A DNA stretch of 62,808 nucleotides, counting the filler, from Choristocarpus tenellus KU-1152 (taxonomy: Eukaryota; Protista; Phaeophyceae), in NCBI GenBank assembly GCA_964200185.2. It is 15 parts of 15 records of this genome, joined end to end, with 100 filler letters (N's around TTAATTAATTAA, not from the genome) between each part and the next. Parts side by side here need not be neighbours in the genome. Positions count along the whole stretch, not along the records: positions 1 to 3,887 come from CAXNAD020017355.1; positions 3,988 to 7,060 come from CAXNAD020022515.1; positions 7,161 to 11,012 come from CAXNAD020017573.1; positions 11,113 to 14,747 come from CAXNAD020018825.1; 11 more parts are not named here. One strand, given 5' to 3'. A program made the position numbers and the translations under genes. The notes below the pieces were generated by a model. It saw only the letters and a list, made by a program, of their open reading frames with translations, was not told where the DNA came from and did not search any database. Positions 1 through 12,977 of this stretch are shown here, piece by piece; the first letter of the stretch is position 1; each line of letters opens with the position of its first letter.

Positions 1-71
1 CCCCATGGGAAGCCAAGCCCCACAAATGGACAAACAGGGAAAAATTCGTACCCTCTAAGATAGTTTCACTC
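1..71 (+). mobile_element. MITE family A, right end (partial); sits in the TIR of the next copy
   Basis: Ends ...GTACCCTCTAAGATAGTTTCACTC; same body as the full copies at 1046, 21807 and 33273. Confidence 0.85.
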
Positions 72-585
72 GAAAATATCTGAGAGGGTACGAATTTTGC
101 CCTGTTTATCCTTTTTGGGGCTTGGCATTCCACGGGTCTTAAAGATAGCTTTCCTACTCCAAACCGTTTCATAGTAGGTAAAATGAACTCATACTGAAAC
201 AGTGTGTCCCAAACAAGGATATTGACACTTCCTAACAAACACGATCGCTAAACATAGAGTGAAAGTATCTTAGAGGGTACGAGTTTTGCCCTTTTTGTCC
301 ATTTGGGGCTTGGCTTCCTATGTTTTTTTTTGTGCATTTTCCTACTCCAAACTGTTTCGGAGTAGGTAAGATGTATATGCTGTGAAAAGGTGTGGTTGGA
401 ACAAGGATATTGACACTTCCTAACAAACACAATAACCAAGATTAATTCAAAATTGCAACAGTGGATTTTGGCCCCAAAATGGACGCGGCCCTACCCTCTA
501 AGATACATTGGCTCATAATCAAATCACAACATTGGATTTTGACCCCCAAACGAACATGGCTCAACCCTCTCAGATACTTCTACTC
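72..585 (-). mobile_element. MITE family A, older copy split by a nested copy at 257-514
   Basis: 72-256 and 515-585 join into one diverged family-A copy ending CCCTCTCAGATACTTCTACTC; the first TIR bases are missing at 72. Confidence 0.8.
257..514 (-). mobile_element. MITE family A, full nested copy, TSD ATA
   Basis: GAGTGAAAGTATCTTAGAGGGTA...TACCCTCTAAGATACATTGGCTC flanked by ATA/ATA. Confidence 0.9.
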
Positions 586-1045
586 AATTTCGAGGCGTCT
601 AGGACAAATGATTCCTACAGAATGTTTGTTTACCCTGAGCCTCCCTCTCACACATGGTATCCACAACTGTCGCTCTCACTGAAATCTACTTTGTCGACCT
701 TCACAAATGTCACTCTCCGTTGTCTGTGCATACCCGCTCTTCCTTGACCTACACCTTTATTAACCTGACCTAGATGAAGCCCTGACATCGTCCAGTGATG
801 TTTCAGTCAGCACCATTTACCGTGGAACCATGCGCAACAATGTCAGTGTGGCAGAGACCGTACATGAGGGAGCTGATTTCAGCAACAGTGGCAAGGACGC
901 CTCATTTTCTCTTCCAACACAGGTACATCAGCTATCACCCCTCACGACAAATTTGCACAATGCAAGCTTAGCCACAACATGTTTATCTACTATTAGAAAT
1001 GCCTGGCTCTCTTGGTATTCAATCTTACTGGTTGGTTACGTAAAA

Positions 1046-1305
1046 GAGTAAAAGTATCTTAGAGGGTAGGGCCGCGTCCATTTGGGGGCCAAAATCCAAT
1101 GTTGCAATTTTGATTTAATCTTGGTCATTGTGTTTGTTAGGAAGTCTCAATATACTTGTTCTGAACACATATCTTCATAACGTATACATCTTACCTACTC
1201 CAAAACAGTTTGGAGTAGGAAAATGTAAAAACAAACAAATATGGGAAGCCAAGCCCAAAATGGACAAAAAGGGCAAAACTCGTACCCTCTAAGATACTTT
1301 CAATC
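1046..1305 (+). mobile_element. MITE family A, full copy
   Basis: About 23-bp TIRs; flanks AAAA/AGAA. Confidence 0.9.
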
Positions 1306-1799
1306 AGAATGCATAAACAGGCAACTGCCAATGACATACAACCTGCTTGGAGCTAAGATGTGGGACCCAGTTTTCGTAGGAAACAGGAATTTGATATTGT
1401 TTCCTTCTCACCGATATTGGCGGTTCTAAACAACAGGTGGACAGTGAGAAGGGGCTTCTTTGAGATATTCCAGACTCTCTGAAAACGTCGTTGTGAACCA
1501 CAACACCTGATCCATTTTCAGTCAACTAGCAAGTCAAATGAGCTGAAGAAGGGGGTAGTGATTGGCAGTATATCTCCTGAATTTCTATATTGCTTTGAAA
1601 CAGCTCTGAGTATATTTTTTAGGAGAAGTGTCTTTGTAAGGGGATTGTTCATCAATATCCTCTATCACCGTGGGGGAGGGGGTGACTCTTTTATGTTGTG
1701 TATCACTTGCCATACTTCTCAACAGGACCACCACACATATATCGCACATGACATGACTACTCATGGATGGATATCAGGCAGTACCATACACCTAGTCAC

Positions 1800-3050
1800 A
1801 TCCAACTATCAGTAGTACTTCACTCTTGCACAAGACAGCTCCCAAAATATGAAAATAGTATCCATTCACACCATAGTTATTTCTTTCCGAGGACATCTTA
1901 TAGGCTCTTTGAGGCAACAAATCTTTGTTGAACTGTAGACTATAATGCCCTGCAGCTATCACTATAGTAGTTTTGTAGAATTCATTACCGTAGCCCCAAC
2001 TTACCTCAGCGACATTTTCACACCTTTGGACCATTTCCCTCACTCAACTATTGTGGTGATTCTTGTTGAAGCAAGGACTGCAATATATTAGTCCTGGTTC
2101 TTTTACTCACCCTCTACTTTATGGCATTGTTTGCATAGACCTAGCAAGTATGTATGACGAAATACTAAATCAGGAAGTACACAACTCTTCCGATTATGTT
2201 ACAAAACACATTTCCTTCGTAGCTCCCTCCTAACTTCAACCTCCAAAATATCTCAACCCTCAAGACCCAAAGTATCTGGGGGGGGGTTCTACACCAGGAT
2301 TTCCATTGGCCCCAAATGGGGAAATGTGCATTTGCATTATTGATCTGACGTATGCAACCAAATCACTTACAGATCACGATATGAAAAAATTGACCCCAAG
2401 TGGACAGCCGCCACCCCCTCCCAGATACTTTAAGCCCAAATTCACTCCTTTTACATGTTCCCTACATTCCTAACCTAGTTTTCAATTCAACTCAAGGGAC
2501 GGGACCCTCTTGCAGTGATGCACCTTGCCATTTTCTGGAAAACTAAACCTCCTACACGTCCGACACTGATCTACTGACCCCAGCCACACCCCGTTCCGGA
2601 AACCACGTTTGTGTGCTTGTCCATCAGCCAGGAATGTCTGTTCCGAATTGGGTAAGACACAATGCCTTCCATGTGACAAAAGGCGTCGATGGGGAAGTAT
2701 TATGTGCATCTATCATCCTCACAAAAGTGCGTTCGTTCCTGATACATGAGGAAATCGATATGAAGTTTGACATTCCTGTCAGTCCTGTCCATATAGTAGT
2801 CAACTTGCAGTGCACACAGTCCTGTAGTGCTTGCTCCAATTCTACACGAAATCAAGACTCCCTTGAACAACGCCTGGTGATGCTATTTATATCAGAATTC
2901 AAGAGTAACAGCCAAACTTGATTGCCTACTGCTGAGAACCTCGAGCTAGTTGGCATATCAAATGGTATATATCTTTGTAGGTTGTAGAACTTCCATGTTC
3001 TACTGAACTTGTAGATTGATATATCAAAATACACCTGTGAAACCACACAG
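1800..3050 (-). mobile_element. Highly degenerate Copia-like pol relic (RT C-terminus/RNase H), interrupted by a family-B MITE
   Basis: Fragmentary translations (ISISSCIRNERTFVRMIDAHNTSPSTP; EMVQRCENVAEVSWGYG...TTIV...NYGVNGYYF) loosely resemble Copia RT/RNase H segments; many stops. Confidence 0.3.
2264..2436 (+). mobile_element. MITE family B (about 170-180 bp, G-tract ends), TSD CAA
   Basis: GACCCAAAGTATCTGGGG...CCCAGATACTTTAAGCC flanked by CAA/CAA; body shared with 18413, 37136 and 38429. Confidence 0.88.
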
Positions 3051-3136
3051 ATATATGTTAATTGGGATTTCTTTCCCTCAACCTGCCCTAGGACTTTGGT
3101 TCCTCACTGTTTCATGCATCAAACTGGGAGGTTATT

Positions 3137-3380
3137 GAGTCAGAGTATCTTAAAGGGTAGAGCCGCGTCCATTTGGGGGCCAAAATCCAATGCGGCGATT
3201 TTGATGAAAATTTAACTATTATTTTTGTTAAGTCCCAAACGTACAATTTCATAATGTAACATTTTACCTACTCCCAAACATTTTCGGACTAGGAAAATGT
3301 AAAAAAAACAAAACATGGAAAGTCAAGCCCCAAATGGACAAACAGGGGCAAAATTCATACCCTCTAAGATACTTTCACTC
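3137..3380 (+). mobile_element. MITE family A copy
   Basis: TIRs present; flanks TATT/CATT. Confidence 0.88.
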
Positions 3381-3527
3381 CATTACAGCAACCTATAACG
3401 GTCTCAATATACGGGTGAAATTCTTCTATGGTCTTCAGGGGGTGCCCACAATCGTTACCACATTCCTGAAATCATCCTTTGGTGGAATACACCCCACTTT
3501 TTTTTTTTATTCTTGCCCTTCTTGCAG

Positions 3528-3680
3528 ACCCAATACCTCTTTATGCACGATGTATCTCAGGAGCCTACCGCTGATAGGAGGCTGATTCCAACAATGAGTC
3601 AGAGGAAGACAGATGCTGCAGCGGCAGAGGACCAACCATGTGTTGGTCACGCAAAGCACTTCTATAATGACGAAGAATTG
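3528..3680 (+). CDS. Isolated internal exon, unknown protein (TQYLFMHDVSQEP...HFYNDEEL)
   Basis: Polypyrimidine tract and TTGCAG acceptor, open 153-nt phase-0 frame, GTGAGT donor. Confidence 0.45.
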
Positions 3681-3887
3681 GTGAGTTATGAAGTAGTAGT
3701 ATGAGGTAACTAGGTAAGGTTAGGGCAATGGATGCAAAAAGAGTGCCGAATGGTATCAACAGATGTGAAGCTGCTAAGGGAGGGAAAAATGTTTACATTG
3801 CTTTCACTTTGGATCATTGCTTTGAAGCATTATGGGTGCCCTGTAGTACTTGTCGAGCTTGTCTCTCCTGACCGGAACACCAGGAGA

Positions 3888-3987
3888 NNNNNNNNNNNNN
3901 NNNNNNNNNNNNNNNNNNNNNNNNNNNNNNNTTAATTAATTAANNNNNNNNNNNNNNNNNNNNNNNNNNNNNNNNNNNNNNNNNNNN
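3888..3987. other. Artificial contig linker (N44-TTAATTAATTAA-N44). Identical linkers at 7061-7160, 11013-11112, 14748-14847, 19373-19472, 22807-22906, 30165-30264, 33565-33664, 37033-37132, 40413-40512, 44333-44432, 48347-48446, 55088-55187 and 58656-58755
   Basis: Identical 100-bp structure with a six-frame stop core occurs 14 times. Confidence 0.98.
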
Positions 3988-4148
3988 GCATACATGTACA
4001 CGACGATCAAACGAAATCATTGCTGCCCCCCACACACTGTCCTACTACCACCTTCGGGATGGATTCCCATTCGTAGCGGGGCCCTTCAAAAGTGATGTTA
4101 CAAAACAAAACATATGGGCACTTTCCGTGCACCATTTTGGGTCAAACT

Positions 4149-4368
4149 TATCCTCCATAGTATCCTCCATAGTATCCTCCATAGTATCCTCCATCCTCAA
4201 TTTTGGTGATCGGCTGTTATGTGTAAGAATGATAGTCCCTCTTTCCATACACAATGCGACATGGCAATTAAGCAAAGACTTTTCTACAGTCGTACAAAAT
4301 GACATCTTTTTGCCCTTTGTTGGGATCCTTAAAACGCAACACTACCTACCTCTCAGTTGGTTTAACTC
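4149..4368. repeat. Dispersed repeat (family C) with a 12-bp TATCCTCCATAG minisatellite; related pieces at 40513-40590 and 41980-42116
   Basis: Shared TCCTCCATAGTAT..TCCATCCTCAATTTTG and GGGATCCTTAAAA.GCAAC...CCTCTCA....TTT.ACTC segments. Confidence 0.6.
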
Positions 4369-6261
4369 ATTGGCGTCCCTCAGCCCTAGGACTGGATGTT
4401 GGTGTATTGCACACTGGGTTTCTGCGGTTCAAAAGTAAAACTAGCAATGGGCAGGCCACAACATAGATGGGAGTGTATTTCTAATGGGGGGCAAAAACAA
4501 AAGTGAATACAAAAAACAAAGGTCTTCTCTTGCTTACCCTTTGTACCTACATTGAGTCAGCGACATAAATATAGTCAAAAATCGACAGGTCGACAATCAA
4601 ATCCGAGTTTCTGCCAAGGTGGTATGGGGGATAGGCGGATCGACACACAACCCCTATATAAGTAACAGTGTCGTAAATGAAAATGATATCTAAGATACGT
4701 AGGTTTGACTTTGTCCCTGAGACGTCAGCAAAATGTGAGAGTGCATAATATATTTTTGTAACGTACCTCCCTAAAATATGCACTATTTGAATCAGTTCTA
4801 TATTTACTTCCCTTCATTGATGAGTTATTTTCTCTATCATATTTTTTTCCTTCTTAGCTCTTGTTTTATACTCTGATGTATCTTCATTCCTTCTAAATGT
4901 AATTATTGTTACAATATGAATTGTTTACAATATTTGTACGTTGTACTCTGAGGGTCTCAGATGTGTGGTTGAAAGGTACCCTACAAGTGCTCACTGTGCC
5001 TAGGGCTAGAGAGTTTTATTAACCATATTTTCAAAACTATCATGTGGGTTGAAACATTTGATTGAAATCGAGATTGTAGTTTCCTTTAGGTAATCTCTCA
5101 ACAGTCGGTTTTACTACGCCTCTATTCTTGGACGCATTCGAACACAGAATGATGCAAAGCACTCGAATTACAACTGTGATTATTCGAGTGGCAAGGATCA
5201 GAGTGTTTACCGATTAGCGTGAAATGCTTAACAACACGTCACACGTTGAACAAGTCTCGTGCTATCTTGATCCCCTTGTCTGTTGTCCGTTTTTTCGGAA
5301 TTGAATTTGACATTGATCGGCCGCATGGTAGCAATTAAAGGCGTTGGGGAGGTACACCTGTTCCTTACTATCTTACGTTAAAGCAGAAAAGGAAATGTAG
5401 AAGGACTAGATCTTGGTGGAGAAGATCCCTTGCGGATGGGACAGGTACGCACCAGATTTGAGGGAGGAGGAGAGACCACTGACCGGACTACTGAACCACA
5501 ACACCCAAGAAAAAAATGAGGGACGCACGGGGCAGTGCAACTAGTTGTATTGCAACAATTTGTACATGGGGTAGAAATAACCGTACAGTGTGTACTACTA
5601 CAGCTATATAACAACTTGTGAAGGACAAGGTAAGGTGGAGTTGGTGGAAATTTTATAGACTAGAAGTGAACGAACATTAATGGGAAAAGTTTTTGAAGTA
5701 ATCTGAGTTTTGTGGGCGGAAGAATTATGGTGGTAATGTGGTACAGGGGAGGGAGAGGTGAGGAAGGAAAAAGAAAATGTAGTCAAGGGGTGAAGGAAAA
5801 GTTAAGTACTGAGTGAGTAGGAGGTAGAAGATGCAGGAGAGAAGTTAAAGAAGTGGTGTGGCTTGAGGGAAGTGGTAAGTGGTGTGGGGTTTAGTGGAGT
5901 GGTAACTGGTGTGGGGTTGAGTGGGGTTGAAGGATGGGAAGGTGACTGGAAATCAGTAGCGAAGGGGTTTAACTGGTTGGTCACAAGAGGTGGTACAATG
6001 GGGAGGAGGGCAATGGGTGGAATGCAAACATAGAATTAAATAATAATAATCAAGAATCCGTGACCAAAACAAAGCTTCTACCTTTTCGTTGAACAAAGAG
6101 GATCTTCATGACTTCGTAATTTATGGAGCCTGTTCCCTTGTCCGAATACGATGGGTTCAAACCCCATCGCGGACAGCCTTCTTGTAATGAAATTTGAAAA
6201 TTGACTTTGACAAAGATTAAAAATTACATGTCAGAATCACCACAAAATATGCACCTACAAA

Positions 6262-6386
6262 AAAACTAGGAAAAGTGCGTTTACATTATCCATCCGACGT
6301 ATGCAACCAAATCACCCAAAAACCGTGACAAGAAAATATTGAGCCCAAACGGACAGTCGCCACCCCCCCCCCAGATACTTTGAACC
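6262..6386 (+). mobile_element. MITE family B, right part
   Basis: CGACGTATGCAACCAAATCACC...CCCAGATACTTTGAACC. Confidence 0.8.
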
Positions 6387-6987
6387 ACAAAACTAACACG
6401 ACCCATACTTCAACCTCAACCAGAAACCAAAAAAGATCTATTTCAACGGATGGGCATGTTCGAAGTCGTACTTGTTGCCGTTCTCCCACCGGTCTACGAG
6501 TTTAGGATAAGTCTTAGTGAGTCTATGCCATAGGTTCATAGTCATGGAATACCTCTTGTTCCACGTCTCTGCCTTCACCAAGATGAGGAATTTAGCCTTC
6601 TTTGCATGGAGGGCTTCGACATCCTCTACATGCAGCGTCTTCCTCACGTTTCCACCGCCACCACTCTACATATCCAGGATGCCCTTGTGGATGTAACAGT
6701 AGTCGTCCTTGATAACGTTCTTAGCATATATTTCCCAGCCTTCATCTCCCCAAACCCATGATCATATATGACCTGTTGGAGGACCTGGGTTTGCACATGG
6801 TAATGCGGAGTTGTCGATTTATTGGCCAACCACAGGACCTCTGATACTCAAGCCTTCATGTAGTCTTCCGTTTGCCCATGCCTGCGTTCATTTGCTTTCC
6901 AGGGAATGGATCACCGCCAGATGCAGAGTCGTCTCCATGCTCATCCTGTATTGCGTCACTCACCCCATTAGTGCACGGTGCCACTCC

Positions 6988-7060
6988 TGTTCATAGATAG
7001 TGCTGCTGGTGCACTATAGACACCATCGATGGAGTAGATTAGGAAATGCAGACACCACTG
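6988..7060 (+). mobile_element. Putative LTR start, cut by the linker; homologous to 8879 onward
   Basis: TGTTCATAGATAGTGCTGCTG...GACACCA matches 8879. Confidence 0.45.
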
Positions 7061-7689
7061 NNNNNNNNNNNNNNNNNNNNNNNNNNNNNNNNNNNNNNNN
7101 NNNNTTAATTAATTAANNNNNNNNNNNNNNNNNNNNNNNNNNNNNNNNNNNNNNNNNNNNGGGCGCCTGTAACAAATCCTCCCAAAATGGTCCACCTCTA
7201 TCCATGACACTCCACTTTCCTCCACACCACTCCACACTCATCCAAGGACACCCCACGCTCATCCCAAACGCTCCACCTTTATCCACTCGCATAATGCGTC
7301 TTTGAACGAGGAGACATCTACCTCGCCTGAGCTTCACCTCCCCTCCCCGCCCAATATCCTGCTCAATCTTGAGCAATCAAGAGGGTGGGTGAATGGGAAA
7401 GACTGTTAAGAAGTTTCCTTGATCCTGCCCCTCTTTGTCCTTCTACTCCTGCCTTTGACTCCGACCTTTTATTTTGTCTACGTCTTCCCAGCCTTCCTCC
7501 TCTCCATCCACTCATTTTCTACTAACTTCTGGGATACCACATCTGTTTTGAGGCTATTCACTATTTAACCCTTTCACCTAGGCTTCCTACCTTTTTCTTT
7601 TCCCTTTGCCACTAAATCACCTAGTTTACGTATCTACCCCTGCGAATTCTCACACTTGCAAAAAACTCAGATTGCCTCAAAAAGTTTCT

Positions 7690-8420
7690 CTAGAAGAACC
7701 TCTGGGTATGACTACAGCATTGATCTGGATTGTCAGAAATGTAGCACCGATTTAACCAACACGTTAAAGTATGCACATCCAAGGAGTCCTTAACGGTGTT
7801 TTGACTGAAGAGAGGATGTGGATAGTATTTTGGAGTACTTGTAGATCAAGTGGGCAAGAACATTTGATGGTTTGTCATGATTTTCTCCGCGAAAGGAAAT
7901 GTGTTAAATTCCCTGTCAGAATTGTTGTTGGCAGCAGTATCAAACCTTGGACGGGCAACAACCATGAGGAACATCAACTTGGTAATGTGACCCCTATGCT
8001 GCATCTTGCGGAGAAGAGACCCTCACCATTATAGGCGTAATACGTCTGACCGTACCTGCAGATGAAAGCCCACTTCTCATCCACATGGAAAAAGTGTTAA
8101 AAGAATGAGCCGAGGTAAACGAGAGGTACCCAGGTTTTGTCTGTTTTACATTTCAGACCACTTTTTTTTATCTTCTGCGATTCATCCATATTTCAATGGA
8201 TGAAGTGCTAACTTTGACTTGCAAGGGTTGATTTCTATTTTGTTTTAATCTTTCAACAGGATTCAGAAAATGTCCTACACACATTTGTAAAAAAAGTCGA
8301 ATTTTGGGCATATTTGTCTTTACAGTGGATGTACCTATATAAGAGAGGGTAAATTGCTTTGTCATGACTTTTCAGTACATAAGAGAGGTTTTGGTGTTTT
8401 TCTGACGATCTCTCTTATAT
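7690..8420 (-). mobile_element. Degenerate plant-type mariner (DD39D) transposase pseudogene
   Basis: Minus-strand fragments FHVDEKWAF and HITKLMFLMVVARPRFD match the HIDEKWF and KVMFLxAVARPR motifs of Soymar/Osmar-type transposases; frameshifts present. Confidence 0.8.
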
Positions 8421-8878
8421 CGAGAAAACTCGCGTTTTTTTCACTACTTGACCAAGGGGTTTCACAAAAAGCCATATCGAAAGTTGAGCAAAATATAACA
8501 AAGGCACAAACCTGCTCAAGACCAGCAGTACACAGCGTAGAAGTCATTTGTCTCTCAGTACTGCACCGTACAAGTACATACAGTATATCACATCAAGTTT
8601 GGACGACTGCATTGTACAGATATAATCAGCCGGATCCAGTTGCAACATAAAGGGTAATACTCCTGATCCCCCACACTATACATACATGCGTAAGTGTCGC
8701 GTTTGTAGCAGGTATCTCCATGGCATTTGCGGCGTCATGGATCCCTCTTGGCGCCAGTGAAATGAAACGCATGTGCAAATTGTCCATGACCTCCACCAAG
8801 CGCAAGCTTTGAGTCCTCCAGCCGGTGACAACACAACGTCGAAATGCCACAATAACAATAACAAGATCAAGGGGAAAG

Positions 8879-9193
8879 TGTTCGTAGATAGTGCTGCTGA
8901 TACACTATTGACACCACCAGTGGATTAGATAATAGGATGGAGAGTCAATTAGAGATACACCATATATTGATTCGCTGGTGTCTATCGATTTGTACCTTGT
9001 TCAAGATACAGTTGCTATATTGAAGACAAGTAGATAAGTGATTCATAGTAAATTAGTGTAGACGATTGCAAACCCCACACTGTAGGAATAGTAATGATAG
9101 TCTAGGCTTGTCTCACCCACCTATTCAGTCAACGGAATTGAGACCACAAGCCCCTTGTAACACAAATATTGTACATCTTCATCAAGCTATTCA
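8879..9193 (+). mobile_element. Putative 3' LTR preceded by a polypurine tract (end approximate)
   Basis: AAGGGGAAAG (8869-8878) directly before TGTTCGTAGATAG; homology with the 6988 copy starts at the same TG. Confidence 0.45.
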
Positions 9194-10795
9194 CCGTCCT
9201 TCATTAAAGCACCAAAGCCGCGGGTTCAGTGTGGAATATTTCAACTGAAGTTGCTGCCAAATAAATCTAAGGAGAAAGATGCGTCCTCGAGCCTCACTGT
9301 GCTGGCAATCGCAAACGCTTGAGATTTGCAGAGAAGGTGGAAGTGTTGAGACTCCTGAAGACCATGACCGGAACTGAGGTTGCTCAAAAGTTTGGAATCG
9401 ATCACAGCACCCTCTACAACTTGGAGAAGGAGGCAACAACCATCTGTTACAGGCGAATAGTGCGAGTATTTCTTCTCGAGTTCTAACAAGCGCGAGCAGA
9501 ATACACGCGTGGGGGATCCTTATAATGAGGAACTCCGATTTGCTAAAGGTTGCAGAGTAAGATCTGTAACTTGGGAATGTCACAACAGTTTTCAGATGTA
9601 TTCCAACTTTTGTCGATCAAAACAATATAGACAGCAGATAATAATAAAAGAAATAAAGAGTGCAGCTTAATGAAAGGCCCTGCTAGAAGTCACTTCTTTC
9701 GTTTGATGCCATTTACACACTGACATTGAAATAAAGAAGTACCCCTGTCCTGCTAACCTGACACGCGTTGGATTACCTGGGCTGCTGGAGTATCCTGAGA
9801 GGCTTGCACGAGCATCGGCATCTTCTATAGGCTTGTAGATTAGAGCTATACATCCTGTGGAGGTAAGCTTCTGGAGCGTGTTTTAATATGGAAGTCCTAC
9901 CGAGACTTCCGTGTTGTAACATATTGTGGAGAAAACGCAGACACTGAAGCCTGACTGACGTCAAGTCTATGAGGGGTGCCAAATGTGTCGAGGTGCGTCA
10001 GCATGTGGATTGAAAGTCTGAAATTGGGTTGATTGTGATTGTGATTGAATTGCCTTTATGCACTCTTTGCTGATGAGGATCATGATTCATTTTTTGAAAT
10101 TTTGCGCACGTTTCTGTCATACTGTAATGTCTCTACTGTGTACTGTAGTATCACAGGTGGCGAATTTCCTCGTAGAAGTATGTCCCACAAGGTGTCCATA
10201 TGGGATTAATATATAGGGACATCTTGTACAAGGTGTCACAAGGTGCAAAATGGCCACCCATGATGTACCTCCTACATTTCAAAATGGCAGTTCCTATTAA
10301 ATATGTCAAATGCTCTGTGTACACTGGGTGTAAAACATAAACGTGTTGTGCTGTATAGTTGGTGTGTGGTATCCTAATGTTACCTCTCACACTTACACTG
10401 TACAGTACTGAACCGTGCAGACTGCTACAGTAGTACAGCATAGTAGTCCAGTACTGTACTGTACTGCATCCAATCCTGTCGTATGGCAATGATGTAAAGA
10501 ATGACATGGAATAGTCAGTACCTGTACAGTATGAAACTTTTGAAGGGGTAGGCATCATGTTCCTAAGCTCTATCCATATCCCAAGCGTGGAACATTATAA
10601 TCCAGACGGTTAAGAGTTTCCTTCAGTTGTTCTGTATGTACTTGCCGCTTAATGCATCCTGTATCAATGCACCCTGTTTTATGGTAAATTATTAAACCCA
10701 GGCCTCTTCAACAGGGACACATTAATTTTTTTTTACTGATCCTGTGTGACCACGGAATGAGGGTATTGTCTATGAAGATAATGAAAACGAAGAAT

Positions 10796-10990
10796 GAGTC
10801 AAAGTATCTGGGGGGGTGGCGGCTCTCCGTTTGGGACCAATTTTTTCATGTCGCGATTTTCGGGTGATTTGGTTTCATACGTTGGATGGATAATGAAAGC
10901 GCACTTTTCCTGGTTTTGGTCCAAATAGACACTCTGATGTAGACCCCCCCCCACCCCCCCCCCCCCCCCCCCACGCCGCCGCAGCGACCA
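10796..10990 (-). mobile_element. MITE family B running into the contig end
   Basis: GAGTCAAAGTATCTGGGGGGGTGGCGGC...; poly-C at the contig end. Confidence 0.82.
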
Positions 10991-12116
10991 CCCGCGCGCC
11001 CACCCCCAAACCNNNNNNNNNNNNNNNNNNNNNNNNNNNNNNNNNNNNNNNNNNNNTTAATTAATTAANNNNNNNNNNNNNNNNNNNNNNNNNNNNNNNN
11101 NNNNNNNNNNNNGGGGGGGGGGATTGGTGGGGCGGTGAGGTTAGCAGAGGTTGAAACATGCAGAGTGTCTCATTCCCTGTCTGACCTTCATCGAGGACCC
11201 GTAGAGATCCATTGCTGTAGCTGCATCAGGCAGAGTTGTCACAAAAAAATCAGAGGATGCAGTGGCACTTGATGTGGAGTTATAGGAGAGGGAAAACATC
11301 ATTGGGGAAGGGGGTGTGGGGTGTGGGGTGGGGAAAAGGTGGAGTAGAGTGGAGAGAAGGTCTTTGAGTCTACTGCCCAAGTGATCCTCTAAGCAGATTC
11401 AGGGATTCTTGGGAAGTATGGCTGAGTTTCCCATAGACTATTGTTGAGTGTCACTGGCTATCTGTAATGTCTTTCCCTCTCAGTCGCCATCTCTTCCCCC
11501 TTAGCTGCCCCCAAATTTTGTATTTTTCCAACCTCCCTCGAGTGGACGAAAATGTGTTAATAAAATTGTTTTCAGATAACAAGTGTTATCAAAGCCAATT
11601 AAGTCAGAAATGAACAAAGTATTTTAAGCTACTCACCCCGATACTATTTAGTGGTACAATTCCAACACTAGAAGTACATTGTTCAGCCTATCTCCGCCTC
11701 CTACATTCCATTTCACCCCCCATTACAAACTTGTGTCCTGTGTGTAGTACAATACAAGTGTCAGAAAAGGTTTCATCACCTCCCAGAGGCGATGTCAGAC
11801 TTGAGTTGCTTGAACTCGGTAACTGCCTTGATGATGCGTGGTAGGTATCGCCTCTTGGCTGTTTGTTTCGTGGAGTATTTACCAGTACTGTGTAACATAG
11901 CAGGCAGTGGAGTATTGGAGGAGACTCAAAAACTGAAGATTTGGAGGTAGAGGAACTGTTGAGGTATAGGAGGTAGAGATTACACATAACGAAAGTCCAA
12001 GTTCAGGGTTGGGGTTGGGACTGGGGTTCTTTAAGGGGTTGGGGTGGGGGTGATATATTTTTTGTGTATATGGGTCCGGGTTGCATAAAATGGACATTGA
12101 GTCACAGTTCTGACAC

Positions 12117-12977
12117 CTCAATCCTCTATTTTAGTGTTGATATTGTACTAGGATGAAGTGCGAGCAACCACTTCTGTGATATCAGCATCGTTTGATCCTC
12201 AGAGAAGATTGAATTTTGTGCCTATCGAGGACATGTTTGAAGACGGGTGTCGGCAACTTCTTGCGGTCGCCTGAATCGAAATGTGAGGTCTATACAGGAA
12301 GGAACCTCCCTCCCCCTCAGAGAGAGGTTACTGACAACAGGAGGAATGTGTTAACCTTCTTTCGCCAAACAACATAGCATACGACCCCTCTGGGAAAATG
12401 TGTTGTTCAAAGACCTGGTCACATGGAAAGTATGCAAGGAGCTAAGGCTAGGACATTTTTTTGCGGTGTCGAGCACATAGCGATGTACAGAATTATCCTT
12501 GACAAGGGAATTCATGTTCGGTATGACTCTGGACGACTTCCGAGCAATGTCTATTCAGCACACCCTAACACGCAATCCCCTTAATTTCCGCAACCAGCAA
12601 CTCCTTTCCAACGCGATAGGTGCAAAATTCTCCATGCTAATCGACAATACATAGGGGCATTCTGGGGGAATGAAGATAACCCAGCCATTTCGAGGATGAA
12701 GGAAAAAGAAAAACAGGAATGCATCCCTGATTCTCAAGCAGTTGCGATTATCATACCTGTCTGCTGCAGCCGGCAAACCATCAAACAAAACACCACCCAC
12801 ACTACTAGCAATCACTGCAGTTCCTGTCGCTACCGAGTTCCGTAAGAATCCCAATCGTGTCATCCCCTGATCTTCACTTCCTATGGATTCGCGCATCCTC
12901 AGGTCATGTCCTCTCATATGTTGGAGAGGAGCATTTGACGCTACAAAGGATAAGAGAGTGAGGATGACAGATGACAT
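12117..12977 (-). pseudogene. Probable plastid thylakoid-lumen protein (DUF1499-like?): exon 12977-12757 and exon from 12270 with in-frame TAG at 12224-12222
   Basis: Hydrophobic N-terminus, TRLGFL plus hydrophobic stretch plus PAAA lumen-type signal, AG|GTATGA donor and phase-compatible TTCAG acceptor; exon 2 reads LQTCPR*AQNSIFSED, resembling the CPxxxNCVSS motif. Confidence 0.35.
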
